The position numbers and the translations under genes are program-made. From the human T2T-CHM13v2.0 reference genome, Homo sapiens: a stretch of 64,000 bases of DNA. Positions 1 through 12,519 of the stretch are shown here, piece by piece. The DNA lies in assembly GCF_009914755.1 (NCBI RefSeq), contig NC_060926.1. One strand, written 5' to 3'. The notes below the pieces were generated by a model. The model was not told the origin of the DNA. It was given only the letters and a program-made list of their open reading frames with translations, and did not search any database. Within the stretch, counting starts at the first letter, position 1, and the number at the start of each line of letters is the position of its first letter.

Positions 1-607
1 ACCCAGAAACAGCCTTGCAGGCAACAGGAATTCTTCTACATTTAGGCAAGAGATTAACCAGGTTTTTCTAATTAACGCTTCGCTATTGAAAAAATGTATT
101 AACCTTTACAAGATTTTCTTCCAAAATATACAAAGAGAACCTGGTGGCTTTGGGGGAGGGTGACATAGTGATGGGGCATAAAGCACTTCCCACCAAGCTA
201 GCAAATCACTGTTTCAGTCAGGAAGACAAGAGAGTTCCACGGCAGGCAGAAAACACTAACACAGTCCCAACATGGAGGTCAGACACACTGAAAAATCTCA
301 AATTTTTTCTCAGATTTTAAAAAGTTGAGCTGCTTGATTTGGCGAATCCAAATTGCATTTGCTGTCTCTGTAAGGGTCATATGAAATGTTCAGCTCACTT
401 TATTTTAAATTATGAATAGAGGACATAATGCTTTCTTCAAGAAATGAAGTAAATTTTAAATGAAAGACAACTTTCAAATCCAAATTATAGTCAAATTGAG
501 ATGGGCAGTGGGGGAGGGCATGGGGGCAGATAGTAGAGAAAAGGAATGACCCAGGGACAGACAGACAGTAAGAAAGAGATAGCAGAAGGTGTTTTCGTAC
601 ACATAGG

Positions 608-862
608 TTTATATTTAATTATGTTTATTATTATTTGAATGCAGTATTTGCATTATGTGTTTCATACATGTTTATATTTATTATTTGTATGTATGTTTAC
701 ATTTATATTTACACATGTATGTATATATTACATGTATATACATATGTGCATGTGTTTATATATGCATACATGCATGGGTATGCATGTATATACATGCATA
801 CATATATGCATAAATATAAATATAAACATACATGCAAATAATAAACATGATTAAATATAAAT
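608..862. repeat. AT-rich low-complexity (TA/CA/TG) repeat with imperfect palindromic symmetry
   Basis: TATG/CATA-rich tract; left part is reverse-complementary to right part (both strands translate to FIICMYVYIYIY). Confidence 0.85.
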
Positions 863-2608
863 ATACACACATACCAACTTTTTTCAGCCTTCTAGAGGGA
901 TAGAGGGATGGGTCTGTAAGGTAATAGGAGAGATTCAGGTTCAAAAACAGAGAATGCTGTTCTCACCTTCTCGCTGCCCAGAAGGCCCACGTTAATGCCC
1001 CTCTTTGCAAATTTCCACTCCCTTCAGGTCTCAGCAAAAGTTTCTTTCTGCATAAAATTTGCCTGATTTGCCCCCACTCCAAAATGGCTCCCTTGTCTAT
1101 CACCCTTATTATCTCATACACGAAAGTGGTTTCTTAACAGTTACCACATTCCATGGAAACAGACACTCTTCATAGCAAATTGCACTATTATTTTTTGTAA
1201 CCCTGAGAAAGAAAATCCCCACCAATTAAACTATGAAATAATGCTTTCTTATCTTTTAAAAGTAGTATTTTAAACTTACTGAAAGAGGCTTTAGACTTAT
1301 TTAGAGCTAGAAGAAATGACAAAAGGAATGGCTGTGGGTGACCATGTCCGTGATGGTGCAGGTCACCATAGCCACCTGACTGCTTGCATTTTTAAAAACA
1401 GCATTAATTGTAAGATTTTAATTTTAGACATATTAAAATGTAGATCAATATTGTCTCAAAATTGACAAAACGTGGTATTTTTCTGCTGTAATAAAATAGA
1501 TTCTGAGCTTCCTGAGAGTATGGTTAGCGTGTTTGTCATACATACTACAAATTTATCCCTACAGTTCCTTAAAAATGCTGCTTACAAGGCATCATGATGT
1601 AGTGGAAATCTAGGCTTTGGAGCCACTCACTATCTGAGTCCTTTAAGCAAAGTCTACTTAATAGTGCTAATATGTAGTTAGCTGAAACAATGTACCTACA
1701 TAATTTAATTCAACGCCTGTCACATGGTAGTCACTCAAAAATTATTAGCTTGTTGAAAAAACTGAATTGACAATAGAACTCAGCTGGGAGGGGGGAAATC
1801 ATCTTTCTTTTCACCCTTCTCCTGTCACCATGTCTTGATATTTCTGAGGCTGAGCTGCTGAAGAGCTTGTTCCCAAGGGCATGTAGAAGGATAATGGGGT
1901 AAATTAGTCAGGCTCGAGCAATCCCTAGATAAACTTTAAACCCAAGGCCACAGGTGCCTTGTGGCTCTTTTGATCTCATGGAAAGGAAGAACAGAATATG
2001 CAGTAAACATAAACTATCCGTTGAAGCTTCCAAGGTCTGTGGACAAGAGTCCAGCAGTGTCCAGTGGCAAAAACAGGACCAGAGAAAGTTACACAGAAGG
2101 GTAAGGAACAAATAAAGGTCACTTTCCTGGCTTAAAAATAAAAAATCTCCAGCTGTCCTGATGTGATCCAATTTAACGAGGTGTAGAAATCCAGAGCTCT
2201 TTGAAATTTTAAAGCAATTACAACACAAATGACTCCAAAGCAGGACGATCTTATTATGGTGAGGCCATAAAATGCTAACTTCAGAATGTCAGGAAAGCAG
2301 AACTGTTCTTTGCTGGCATGTCAGAATATATGGGAAGTTTGTGGAATTGTCAGCACCTGATTATTCTTGGAGGCTTGTTTATTGCACCAAATGCAGGATT
2401 TCTTTTGGGACTGTTTTTATTATTATTACCAAGGATGGTGGGCACCTGTTTCTATGCATTCTGAAAAGTTTATTTCTGCATGGTGCATAGTTCAATGGAG
2501 GGAAAAACAATGACATTAGAGAATTGTATTTTCTGTTGATACATTGGGCTAAATTGGCTTATGAAAACACCTATCAGCTGCCCCACCCTTCAGGTGGTTG
2601 CACTAATA

Positions 2609-2737
2609 AGGTGGTTCGCAAAGTGTGGTCCTTAGCAGGATCAGCATCATATGGGAACTTATTTTAAAAAACAGACAATTGGCCTCACCCCAGATGTACT
2701 GAATTAGAAACACTGAGGGTGGCACCAAGCAATCAGT

Positions 2738-2778
<41 letters not shown>

Positions 2779-2826
2779 CTTCCCCCCCAGGGGATTCTGA
2801 TGCCTGCTCAAGTTTGGGAACTACTG
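2609..2826 (+). mobile_element. MER5A (hAT-Charlie MITE) with internal A33 tract
   Basis: gtggttcgcaaagtgtggtcc...cagcatcatatgggaactt...gattctgatgcctgctcaagtttgggaactactg matches the MER5A consensus end to end. Confidence 0.85.
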
Positions 2827-3621
2827 TATTAATGCATCCACAGTAAGACCAGCCTGATTACCAGACCCCTAAGCCTGCTTTGTTTAAATGAGGAACAGGC
2901 TCTTGGTTCCTCCACAGATGTCCAGTTTCTCCCTGGGGTCTAAATTTACCCCTGACTTCAAATGGGATTTAGGGATTTCTGGTGCATGATATCAAAACCA
3001 AGATTGTGTTTTTGCAGAAGAAAGAAGCCTCCTCAGTCACCCAGGGCCATTTAGAAAATGTTGCTGGAATAGGTAATATAAAAGTTCATAATAAAACATA
3101 ACCTGAACTGTTTAAAGAGAATATTCTTCAGGAATTGTAGTGTTGTTCTGGTAACAGAATCTCTAACTTATGCCCTGTCTGAGATTCCCTTCTGATATCC
3201 AGACTAGAGTTTCTGTTGCTGTAAAGTTGGGAACTCCTTTCTCTTTGCAATTTATCTTCCAAATCCAAAACAGAACCACACGAAATTAGATAGGACTCGG
3301 CCCTAAGATACCGAGCTGTAGCCGCCCCTTGCACCTGGCCCTCTGAGGCTGTCTGATGCACCTGTGAGTGTTGCTCATGGCTGCCCATGAGTGTCCCACA
3401 CCCAGACACTGGGTGCCGTTGTCACCCCCTGAGGACCCTCCCGGATGATACAGCTCACTTGAAAGACCATTTGTTTTCTGTCATTCACAGATATCATTTC
3501 TGTTATCTGTGGATAATGTGTTCTGCCTTTGAGAGCACATGCTCTGGTGTGACCTCTCCTCTCTCAGGTCTGTATTCAAGGCAGGAGTTAGTACTCAAGG
3601 CAGGAATTAGTCTGAATCCAT

Positions 3622-3835
3622 CCATGTGCTAGGAAATATTTAACAATAGCTTTCCAGAAAAAGAAAACAAAGTCACCAGTCCCAGTTTGTAGCATTTGCT
3701 AGTAGTAGCATTAGTTTCATGTTGTACAAACTTCTATTATGGCTGATTTTAAGTAACCGACGGGACTAACTGACGGGACATCACAGCAACAGAGCTGGGA
3801 AGAGAACAGCACATATGGCAATCCCCAGTACACCC
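3622..3835. mobile_element. MER63-like hAT DNA transposon remnant
   Basis: aaatatttaacaa...gtttgtagcatttgc...atggctgattttaagtaacc...gagctgggaagaga...ccagtacacc resembles MER63. Confidence 0.6.
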
Positions 3836-4494
3836 ACATACCCAACCCAGAAATCTGCCCTGTCACATCACAATTAACCTTTGTTTGCCTTTATGTATCA
3901 ACACATAGAACATGCAAAGCTGGTCCCTAAAAAAAATACCCCAATTGGATTTTCTGAGATTATCAAATGCATAGCTTATTTTTGCCAAAAGAGAAGACAA
4001 TGGAATTCAGTGGTACCAGAGCAAGAGTTTTTGTAGCCTAGGCACTGCGTACAGCAAATGTTTATTTAAGTCTTCATTTTCCTTTGTTTAGCTGGCAGTT
4101 TTGAAGGGCTTGTGCTCACGTTATCACTGAAATAGGTTTGCGAACCCTGAAAAAGACCTGAAACTTTTGGTTTTCTTTTATTCAAAACTGTGTGGGGATG
4201 TGAGGAGGGAAGAAGCAGTTCTGATGGGAGGCAGGAAGTAAATGTGCAGCATGCATTGGGTACTCCTCTCCAAAAGTCTTAGCAGGGGCTGTTGAGGATA
4301 ATCTCCGTATCGGGCCCTGTTTGTCCCTGATGCTATAAATGGCCAGCTCATATTCAGGTGTTGTCAGATTGAATCTATGATAAGAATGTAGGCATCTCAC
4401 AAAGAGGCGATACTGCATAAGAGTCAGAGCATTGGAGTAGAGGCTATTGCAGGGAACAGGAAGGTTATATAGTTTCAAAGTCTCTCCAGCAGAT

Positions 4495-5025
4495 TACTTC
4501 GTATTCAGAAAGGAAAGGTGTGCCTTTGCAATGGAGAGATTTGATAAAGCCCGTCTTGACCAAGTAATTAAATAGCAATAATAATGAGACTCTCTGACTT
4601 AGGAGCCTCCTGGTGATGAACAAGTATATGACTTAATTTATAAAATATTGTTGCCAAAAATGTTTAAGCTCAGTGGAATCAATGGGAAGCAAACAGATGC
4701 ATTCAGATTGTGGGACAATCCAGAAGACAACCTGCCTGGACTCAAGAAACCAATGTCAGAAAAACAGACATGAAAAGTAGGAGAACTGTTCTAGAATGAA
4801 AAAGATAAAGAGACTAGAGACTGGAGACTGGATTGGAAAACAAACAAACAAACAAAAAAAACGGCTTGAGAATATTTTGAGATAATTTGGGAAATTTGTA
4901 TGTGAACTCCGTATCAACTGATATCGTAGAGTTATTGCTAACTTGGGAAGGGATCGCATAATGGTTTAGTGGTCAAGTGTGAGATGGCCTTATTCTTAGG
5001 AGATACATGCTCAAGTATTTGGTGG
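4495..5025 (+). mobile_element. Old L1 3' UTR fragment (L1MC4/L1MC5/L1ME-like)
   Basis: ttgccaaaaatgtttaa, gaactgttctagaat, ccttattcttaggagatacatgct motifs typical of old L1M 3' ends. Confidence 0.65.
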
Positions 5026-5184
5026 GGGTTGGGGGTGGGTGCCAGGGATGGGGTGAGAGGAGCACGGCCTGATGTCTGTGAATGTTTCTGCAGGGAAGCC
5101 TTTCTCTAGATGAAGTCAGGCTTTTCAGCTACTTATTATTCATTATTCATTATAGTTATTCATGGTGGGATGCATCACATTTAG

Positions 5185-5305
5185 CGCACTAGAAGGCAAA
5201 CGCGAGGAGGGCAATGTCGTAGTTTTCTTCCTCACTGTGCTCTTGGCGTTTGAAACAGTGCCCAGCAGAAAGTGGACACTCAATCAATATTGTTGAATCA
5301 CTGAA
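5185..5305 (+). mobile_element. L2 3' end
   Basis: acagtgcccagca...actcaatcaatattgttgaat L2 terminal motif. Confidence 0.6.
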
Positions 5306-5362
5306 GACATCATATTGCTGTTTCAGATATTGACCCTATGTTTGACACTGGCACATACTTTG

Positions 5363-5962
5363 AGCCTGATCAACATCAGAGGCTTTCTGGATGAATTAGA
5401 TGAACTTGAAAAGAAAGAATTAAGAGTCAAGATGGAAGACTTAAAAAGGTTTTAGTTCATTCAAAGAAATCGTTGGCTTCTGCAGCTCCCACGGAAGTCC
5501 AGGAGACAATAAGCTCTCTTTTTGAGGTCTCAGAGATCCAAAATATTTTGCCCCCAATGAACACATGATTTAAAATCCATATAGGTAGCAATTATTTATT
5601 CATAAACCCTTTTTTCCTTTGAGGAATGTAAAAACAGAGATTTTAAATGTGATTTTAGATTAAACAAAAATATCTTCTAAAATTATTAAACTGGAACAAA
5701 GTTAGATCAGTAATATTTTCAGTTCCAGGTAAATATTGCATTTAAGAGTTGGAAGGAAAGTCTGAAATTGTTTTAAAATATTTCAAATTGTTCGATTCAG
5801 AACAAATGAATTGTTTAAAAAGTTTGAAATATGTTGAGCTGCAGTAGCCAATAATTTCTTTGAAGAAACTAACACCCTTTTAAGTCTTCCGTTTTGACTC
5901 TTACGTCTTTTCTTTTCAAGTTCATCTAATTCATCCAGGAAGCCTCTGATGTTGATCAGGCT
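5363..5962. repeat. Long inverted repeat: arms 5363-5488 and 5836-5962, 347 bp spacer
   Basis: Manual alignment of left arm to reverse complement of right arm: 12 substitutions plus 1 gap in ~127 bp. Confidence 0.95.
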
Positions 5963-6901
5963 TAATGAATTGTGTCATTCAGCAGTTTGCAAAGTGGATA
6001 CCCTCCTTACGGATCCAGTAGTTCTTTTAATACAAACTTGTTTGGTTCGGACTTTTTTATAAGTCAGCAATATGACACTTCAAGTACTGTTTGCTCTATT
6101 AACTATTGTCTTTTGAGATGATTAAATTGTAGGTGTGTATTGTTTGCATTTTTGTTTGAGGCTGATGTATAAAACAAGGCTGAGCTTGTTTATAGAAAGA
6201 GTTTTTCATCATGAACTCTTCACACACCCTGGGTTTCTCAACCTGAATGTTTCTCAAATCCTTTGTTACATCATCTACCACAAGCTGGTAAAACCGGATT
6301 TAGGTGTATGTTGCATGATAGGTTAGATCATGTAGTCAAGTCAAAGTTTATAATCATTGAGACTCAAATTTTTATTCATTTATTTCAAAACTCCTTATCA
6401 TGCATGACATGATTTATTAAGTTTTATAAGGCAAATAATGGCTTTGTAATTCACCTTTAAAAATATTTTAAAATTTTCAGTCATGATAGCATAATTTTCT
6501 GAAACATGCTTTTAAAAAATAAAGAATTAAAAATGTTTTAGGAAATCAGTCCCAGTGTGTGAAACATTTTAGCAAAATAGCACAAAAATAATTAATTTCC
6601 CACTCTTGGTTGGGTTTCTCCCAGGACAGAGTCTAGGGTTGAGTGTGTCTAGTTTTGGGATTGAGATTCACAAACACAGCTAATAAGAGGAGTATTATTA
6701 AGTTGACTACCACCAGCTTAATCCGACATGGAAGTTCTGCATTGCTGGAAAACACATGATTTAGAATGATCCCCATCAAGAGTAAGAGAGCTGGGGTTTT
6801 ACATTCCCAGTCACTGACTAAGAGTATTTCCTTGAAAGAGACTATTTTCAACCAGTTCATGCATTCTGAGGACAGCTATCAGTCAGAGACTCAGATGGAG
6901 G

Positions 6902-7100
6902 TGATAAAAGAAAAACTTCATTCAAATTAAATTTAAAGGAGTTTAATTGATCAATGAATGATTTGCAAATCTGAGCAGCCCCCAGAATCACAGCACATTC
7001 ACAGATACTCCAGCAGAGCCATGTGGTAGAAGAGGTATAGACAAAACAAGGGAAATGACATACAGAAATTAGAAGTGAGGGACAGAACGGCTAGATTGGC
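6902..7100 (-). mobile_element. MER51/MER57-family ERV1 LTR, 3' part
   Basis: tgataaaagaaaaacttca...aattaaatttaaaggagtttaattga...gcagcccccagaatcacagca is the reverse complement of this LTR family's 3' end. Confidence 0.75.
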
Positions 7101-8679
7101 CGTTGTGCTGGGCTTAAGAGGAAGAGGAGGAGATACGATGCCTACTTGGTGCCCAGCCCCTGCAAAGTCTCAACTATTCTCTCTTAGGCTGCCTGTTCCT
7201 CTGTGAAATCTCACTGTCTGAAACTCTGGGGCCAGGAAAAAGTTCTATTCTTCATGAGGGTCAATTTAAAGATTTGGTAACTGTACAACCAAGGGGCCTT
7301 GCTATCTTCTCTGCCAGTTTAATAACCAGCCTCTGTCTCTTCCTTGTGCCCTAAGTTCCATTCTTTCACTTGGCAGGAACTTTTATCTGTCCCCTGCCTC
7401 CTGCTCCTAGTTTGGCTAATTATGGTCAGACACTGTCCTCTGTGCATGACTGGGCCTAGACTTCCTTGTATTTCTAGACCTGGGGTCCAGCTCTCTTATA
7501 GGACTCCATCTATCACCTCTGTTACCTGGTTTTCCTAAATCTTGCATTTCCTCTCAACAAGAAACTCAAGGCAGATTCCACACTGCAGGTCCTACCATAT
7601 CAAACCACTGCCAATATCAAAGGTTCAGGGCATCTGGTGATCAGACACCAGCAGTACAAGGAAGGCTCAGAAAAAAGAGTAAACAGAAACCAGACCATTT
7701 TGGGACCAAGCTTAGTGGAATGGGATTGGCAGATTTTTGCCCTTGCATGGATGCAATTAGATTCCACCTTTCCCCATTCTTGTATTAGAGACACCTTAAG
7801 GGAAAGGCATACGCTAACATATGTTTGGGGTGAGAAGTTCTGATATGATTGATGTAGGCACATACTTTGCATTTGACTTTTATTCCCAGGATTAACATAT
7901 CAGGTATAAATAGATTTTCTTTTGAAAGCTTTACCTTGACAGCATATGCTCATCACTAGAACTCTTAAAAACATGAGATTTTATGTCTCCCATCTAATAG
8001 TCGCAAGCAGCTCAAAGACCAAACTCAATGGAATAAATGTTATATTTTACATTCATCTAAGAAGTTTTAAAACTTACCTGCTTCTCAGTCTAATTGACAA
8101 AACTGTGAGACAAGAAGAGCACAATTTCAAGACACCAGTTAGGCCTAAATGCATTTAAAAAAGAAACTCAACAGTTTGTAAGCCTTGAAATTACCCTCCT
8201 GCGAGTGCTCCCTCATACCTCTGCTAAGGCAGCCAGTTCAGGTCAGACCTCTGGAGTCCCTGATTGTGTCCCCCAGTCCCAGAAAGCAGTAGGCTTTTAG
8301 CCTGAAGGCTTCATCCTAGTAAGTGTCTTAGCAGAATTAGATTTAGCTGGATTATTTCTTTAGGCAGCTCAAAACCACCAGAAGACCTTGTCTGGAATTA
8401 GTCTTCTTGTACCCAGCTGGTAAAAGGTGTGTTTGGATGAGCCCTTGGGTACATCTGTGCCCGATGAGCTGCACATTCCCTTTTACTCTAGTCCTTCATG
8501 GTTCTTCCTTGGCTCCTGACCACATCCAGGTCTCTCCTGGTGTTGGGTTCCTGTTTTAAATTTCATTTCCTTTCCTCTAGGGCCTGGGATATATTACCTG
8601 GCCTTTGCTATAATAGGTTCTCTTTCTGAGAGCTAGGATGTTCTGCATGCTTGTCTCTCACTAGCTCCCAGTTTCTTCC

Positions 8680-8797
8680 TTGTCTCTCCCTCTCTCTCCC
8701 CACTTCTCTCTGACCCCTTCTTCTCCCTCTGTCTTTCACTCACTCATAAGCACATACAGACTCACACATATACACCCACACACACATACACACACAA
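8680..8797. repeat. Degenerate (CT)n then (CA)n microsatellite
   Basis: Directly visible. Confidence 0.8.
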
Positions 8798-11135
8798 CTC
8801 TCAGGTGCTGGCTAGGATGTTGATCAAAAGAGACAGGCTAACTGGAAACACTCTGCAGATGTCCAGACACGTGCAACCCATGAGCATGACAGCATGATTA
8901 CATCCCGAAGGGCGTTGATACTGTGCACCATGATCTTGACTGGACTCCCTGGAAAGTGACCCAAGCTCAAAAGACACTCAACTTCTGTGCCTCCTTGGAA
9001 ACAGTAATTGTGACGGTTGGTCCCTACTCATCAGCCAGTAATAGAACCAGGACAGTTCCTCCCGCTCAGGTCTGATTCTGCCTCCTCCCCATCAGCTGCT
9101 AATGCAACACCAGAATTCCTTGTGGATAAACCCACATGCACTTCAGTTGCATCCTTTCTCTCATTGCATCCACTGCAAGAGCCTGACAGGACATAAGAAG
9201 AAGTCTTATCAGCTTTACAAGTAATGCAACTGAGGCACAGAAGAGTACTCCAACATGCCCAACACCATTCATTGACAGTATGTGACCACAAACTGGATTT
9301 GGAAAAATTAAACAAAACAATTTCTTTTTTTTTTTTCCCCAGAGCCACCTGGGCCCTCAAAGTCAGTAGGAGTAAGAACCATTCCCTCTAGCAAAACCCA
9401 CAGACACCAATTACTATTAAATATTTACAGGTGAAATAAAGTCTGCCCAAAAGCAGCCAGCCATTTCATATGCAGAAGCAGTTTAATTTAAGTTGGTTTA
9501 TATCTTCTTTCCCATCAACACCTGCTCTTTCTAGGAAATATAAATCCATATGTCGGCACTGACTTGTGTTCATACCTAATGACAGGCTGGAGAAGAATAG
9601 CTAAAAAGAGCTCTATTTCATTTTTTAATTATGAAGCAAAAGTGACAGTTCATCTGGAATGTTGTCAAGCCAAGATAAAAAAAAATGATCGAGATTTGGT
9701 CTCTAAAATTATTTTTGGGAATGAAGAGGTTACTCTGAAACACACAAAGGCATTAAAGCCAAAGAGTCGTGCAGCAAGTTGTGCAGAAAAGTTTATTATT
9801 TGTTTGCACATGTGTTGTTTTGTTTGATTTACTTGTATTTTTGCATGACACAAACATCAGTTTCTTCCTGATCAAAGATTTTGCAGCCTAATGACTTAAT
9901 GTTATACAGAGTGATAATGGTCTTGAAATATAGAAGCAGAATAGTGAGGCCTTGTGTTGTTTTATGCCTACTTTTACTGCTTATGCTCAGATTAAAATCT
10001 CTTAGCCAAGGCATCGGACACCATTTGCCTATTAGTGACTGCTGTTAAATGAGGATTGATCTAAAAAGATCTCCTGCCTGTGGTAGGTGCAATTCTCTAG
10101 CCTTTGTTAACAAAGTTAATAAAGGGTCTGTGCCTTCAAAAAATTTAGAGCTTAGGAGGAGAGAAAATAAGCAGCCTGGTGGAATGCGAAGCTATGGTGT
10201 GAGTGCATTCCTGGGGTATGTGGTGAGAACACAGAGAGTTTCAATGGAAAGTGAATGCTCAGCCACTGGGGCCAGGAAAGGCATTGGAGGAGGTCATCCT
10301 TGAGCAGCTTTTCCACTTTCCCTTAAAATCTCCATCTGTAAAAGCAGGTGGCAATAGATACTATCAAAATTCACTTCCAGCTACAGGGTGATAGGACATC
10401 AAGATTATACCTTGATGTCCCAACAGCTCAATCTGAAAAGACCTCTCCTAGTAAAAGAAGAATTGCACCGTTTTTGGATTTTACTTCTCGACACTTGATT
10501 CAGTTACTGACTCGACAGAAAGAGGGCCGTAGAGGGAACAGGGAAAAAATGAAGCCTAAAACAAATTAGAGGTGGTAAGAGTGAAATGTATGTAGATTTT
10601 TCTGTAATCCTCCTTATGGGAGAAGCTATGGTTGGCCATCTCCCCAACTCCTTAAAAAAATCCCCGTTAAGCTCTGAAGTTAAGTACATGATTTAGAGTA
10701 TATGAGAGGGGGTCTAGGAGGAAAATAGAAGTTTTATACTGTGAGAAGGATTTGCCTACCATTTAAAAATACAAATATGCCCCCCTTTAAAAAGTCTATC
10801 TCTTAATACATGCGTGAATATAAATAAGCCACAGTAATAGGATTTATTGTGTTTCCTAACAGGACACCACAGCATAGTTGCCAGAAGTGGTACAAGGATT
10901 GCAGAGTGAGAGATGGAGACTGCCATAGGTTACGATGGACCACCAATAGCCACAGTAGCTATTATCTACAGGCCAAAACTCAAATTTGTTTTTCTGTGAA
11001 TAGGTCCCGTTGCTATACAACAATATAGACAAATATGGCAATAATGCAACATCTCAATTTTCAAGACATTGTTATATCAATTATCTGAGTTGTACTTCAC
11101 AGTTACTGTACCTCAGAGCAGCGTAAATCTGAACA

Positions 11136-11215
11136 GGACTCAGTTACTCTATCTGTGATATTTACTGAGGACAATTCTCCTGAGTAAGTAACACAAGTAG
11201 AGTAACTCTGAGTCC
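11136..11215 (+). other. 80-nt stem-loop (pre-miRNA-like or palindromic MITE relic)
   Basis: 31 Watson-Crick + 2 G-U pairs, 3 mismatches, one 2-nt bulge, 6-nt loop by manual pairing; structure is certain, function unknown. Confidence 0.6.
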
Positions 11216-11604
11216 CCTACAGTTAGGGTGATTTGATTGAGTTCAGAGGTCCATATTGGGAGTACATAGTCTCTCGATATGAAGCCTAGAGATCATTTGA
11301 CCAGAACTATCTCTAGATTTTTCCCAGGGGATGGTAACAGGTGAGAAATTCAGCAGATGTGTACCTGCTGAACACAACAAATTGAAATTTGGTTTACCCA
11401 AATGTGCAGCCTCTGCCAGAGACAAAGAAAGTGCCTTTAATAAATAGTTTCCTTACCTCATTTCTTTCCCCTTTCAAAAATGTCTACTCACTAATATCAG
11501 ACTAAACATAAAATGATTCCTTTGGTATGTTTGCCACCTCCTTCACCTTTTGGAAATTAGAGCATTTTATACTGTCATCCTATTAATATGTTTTCATTTC
11601 CCTT

Positions 11605-12410
11605 CCTTTTTTAAATAACAGTTTTATTGTGATAAAATTCACACACCATAACATTTACCTACTTAGAGTGAAAAATTCAATAGTTTTACATTCCATAAAA
11701 TTCACTCCTTAAAGTGTGTAATTCAATGGTTTCTATCATATTTACAGAGTTGGGCAACCATCACCATAATCAGTTTTAGAACATTTTCATTACCTAAGAA
11801 AGAAACCTTATACTCATGAAAAGTCACTCCTTAATTTTCCCCACTTTTTCACCTCATCGTTTGGCAATCAGTAATCTACTTTCTGTCCCAATAAATTTGC
11901 CTATTCTGGACATTATATAAATAGGATCCTACAATATGTGGGCTTTTGAGACTTGCTTCTTGCACCCAGGATAATGGTCTCAATGTTTGTCTATTTTGTA
12001 GTGGGCATCAGCACTTTGTTCCTTTTCTTTGATGAGTAACAATTCATGGTGCGGATTGACCCATTTTATTTACAGCCATTTATCAGTTTGTAGACATTGT
12101 GGTTGTTTCTACATTTTGACTATTATGAATAGTGTTGCTGTGAACCTTCAAGTAAAAGTTTTAGTGTAGATGTGTGTATCCATTCCTCTTCAGTAGATAA
12201 CCAGAAGTAGGATTATGAGATCATATATGAAACTCTATATTTAGCACTTTGAGGAACTGAAAAACTGGTTTTGAAAATGACTGCACAATTTTACATTTTC
12301 ATTAACAGTGGATGAGGGTTTCAAGTTTGCGACATCTCTATCAGCATATATCATTATATCTTTTTTTATTTTAGACATTCTATTATGTACAAAGCAGTAT
12401 CTCATTGTGG
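11605..12410 (-). mobile_element. L1MB-type 3' fragment (L1MB7/8-like)
   Basis: acagagttgggcaaccatcacc, aatctactttctgtc...atttgcctattctggaca, gtatctcattgtgg. Confidence 0.85.
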
Positions 12411-12519
12411 ACTATCAGTTTTTAAAAGTTTACCAAAAATCTGAACACTACAGGATACTAACAATATTAATTATCACTAATGTTTATAGGCTTAGTGATG
12501 ATCTCAGAAGTTTTCTTTT

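Noticed and set aside
635-944. Y/M/I/H-rich ORFs (also 48380-48655 and 52132-52799)
   Set aside because: Translations of TA/CA microsatellite DNA
5327-5455. Exon-like ORF after tttcag encoding ...RGFLDELDELEKKELRVKMEDLKRF*
   Set aside because: Short, with no partner exons or recognisable homology; overlaps the inverted-repeat arm, whose other copy has a 1 bp indel
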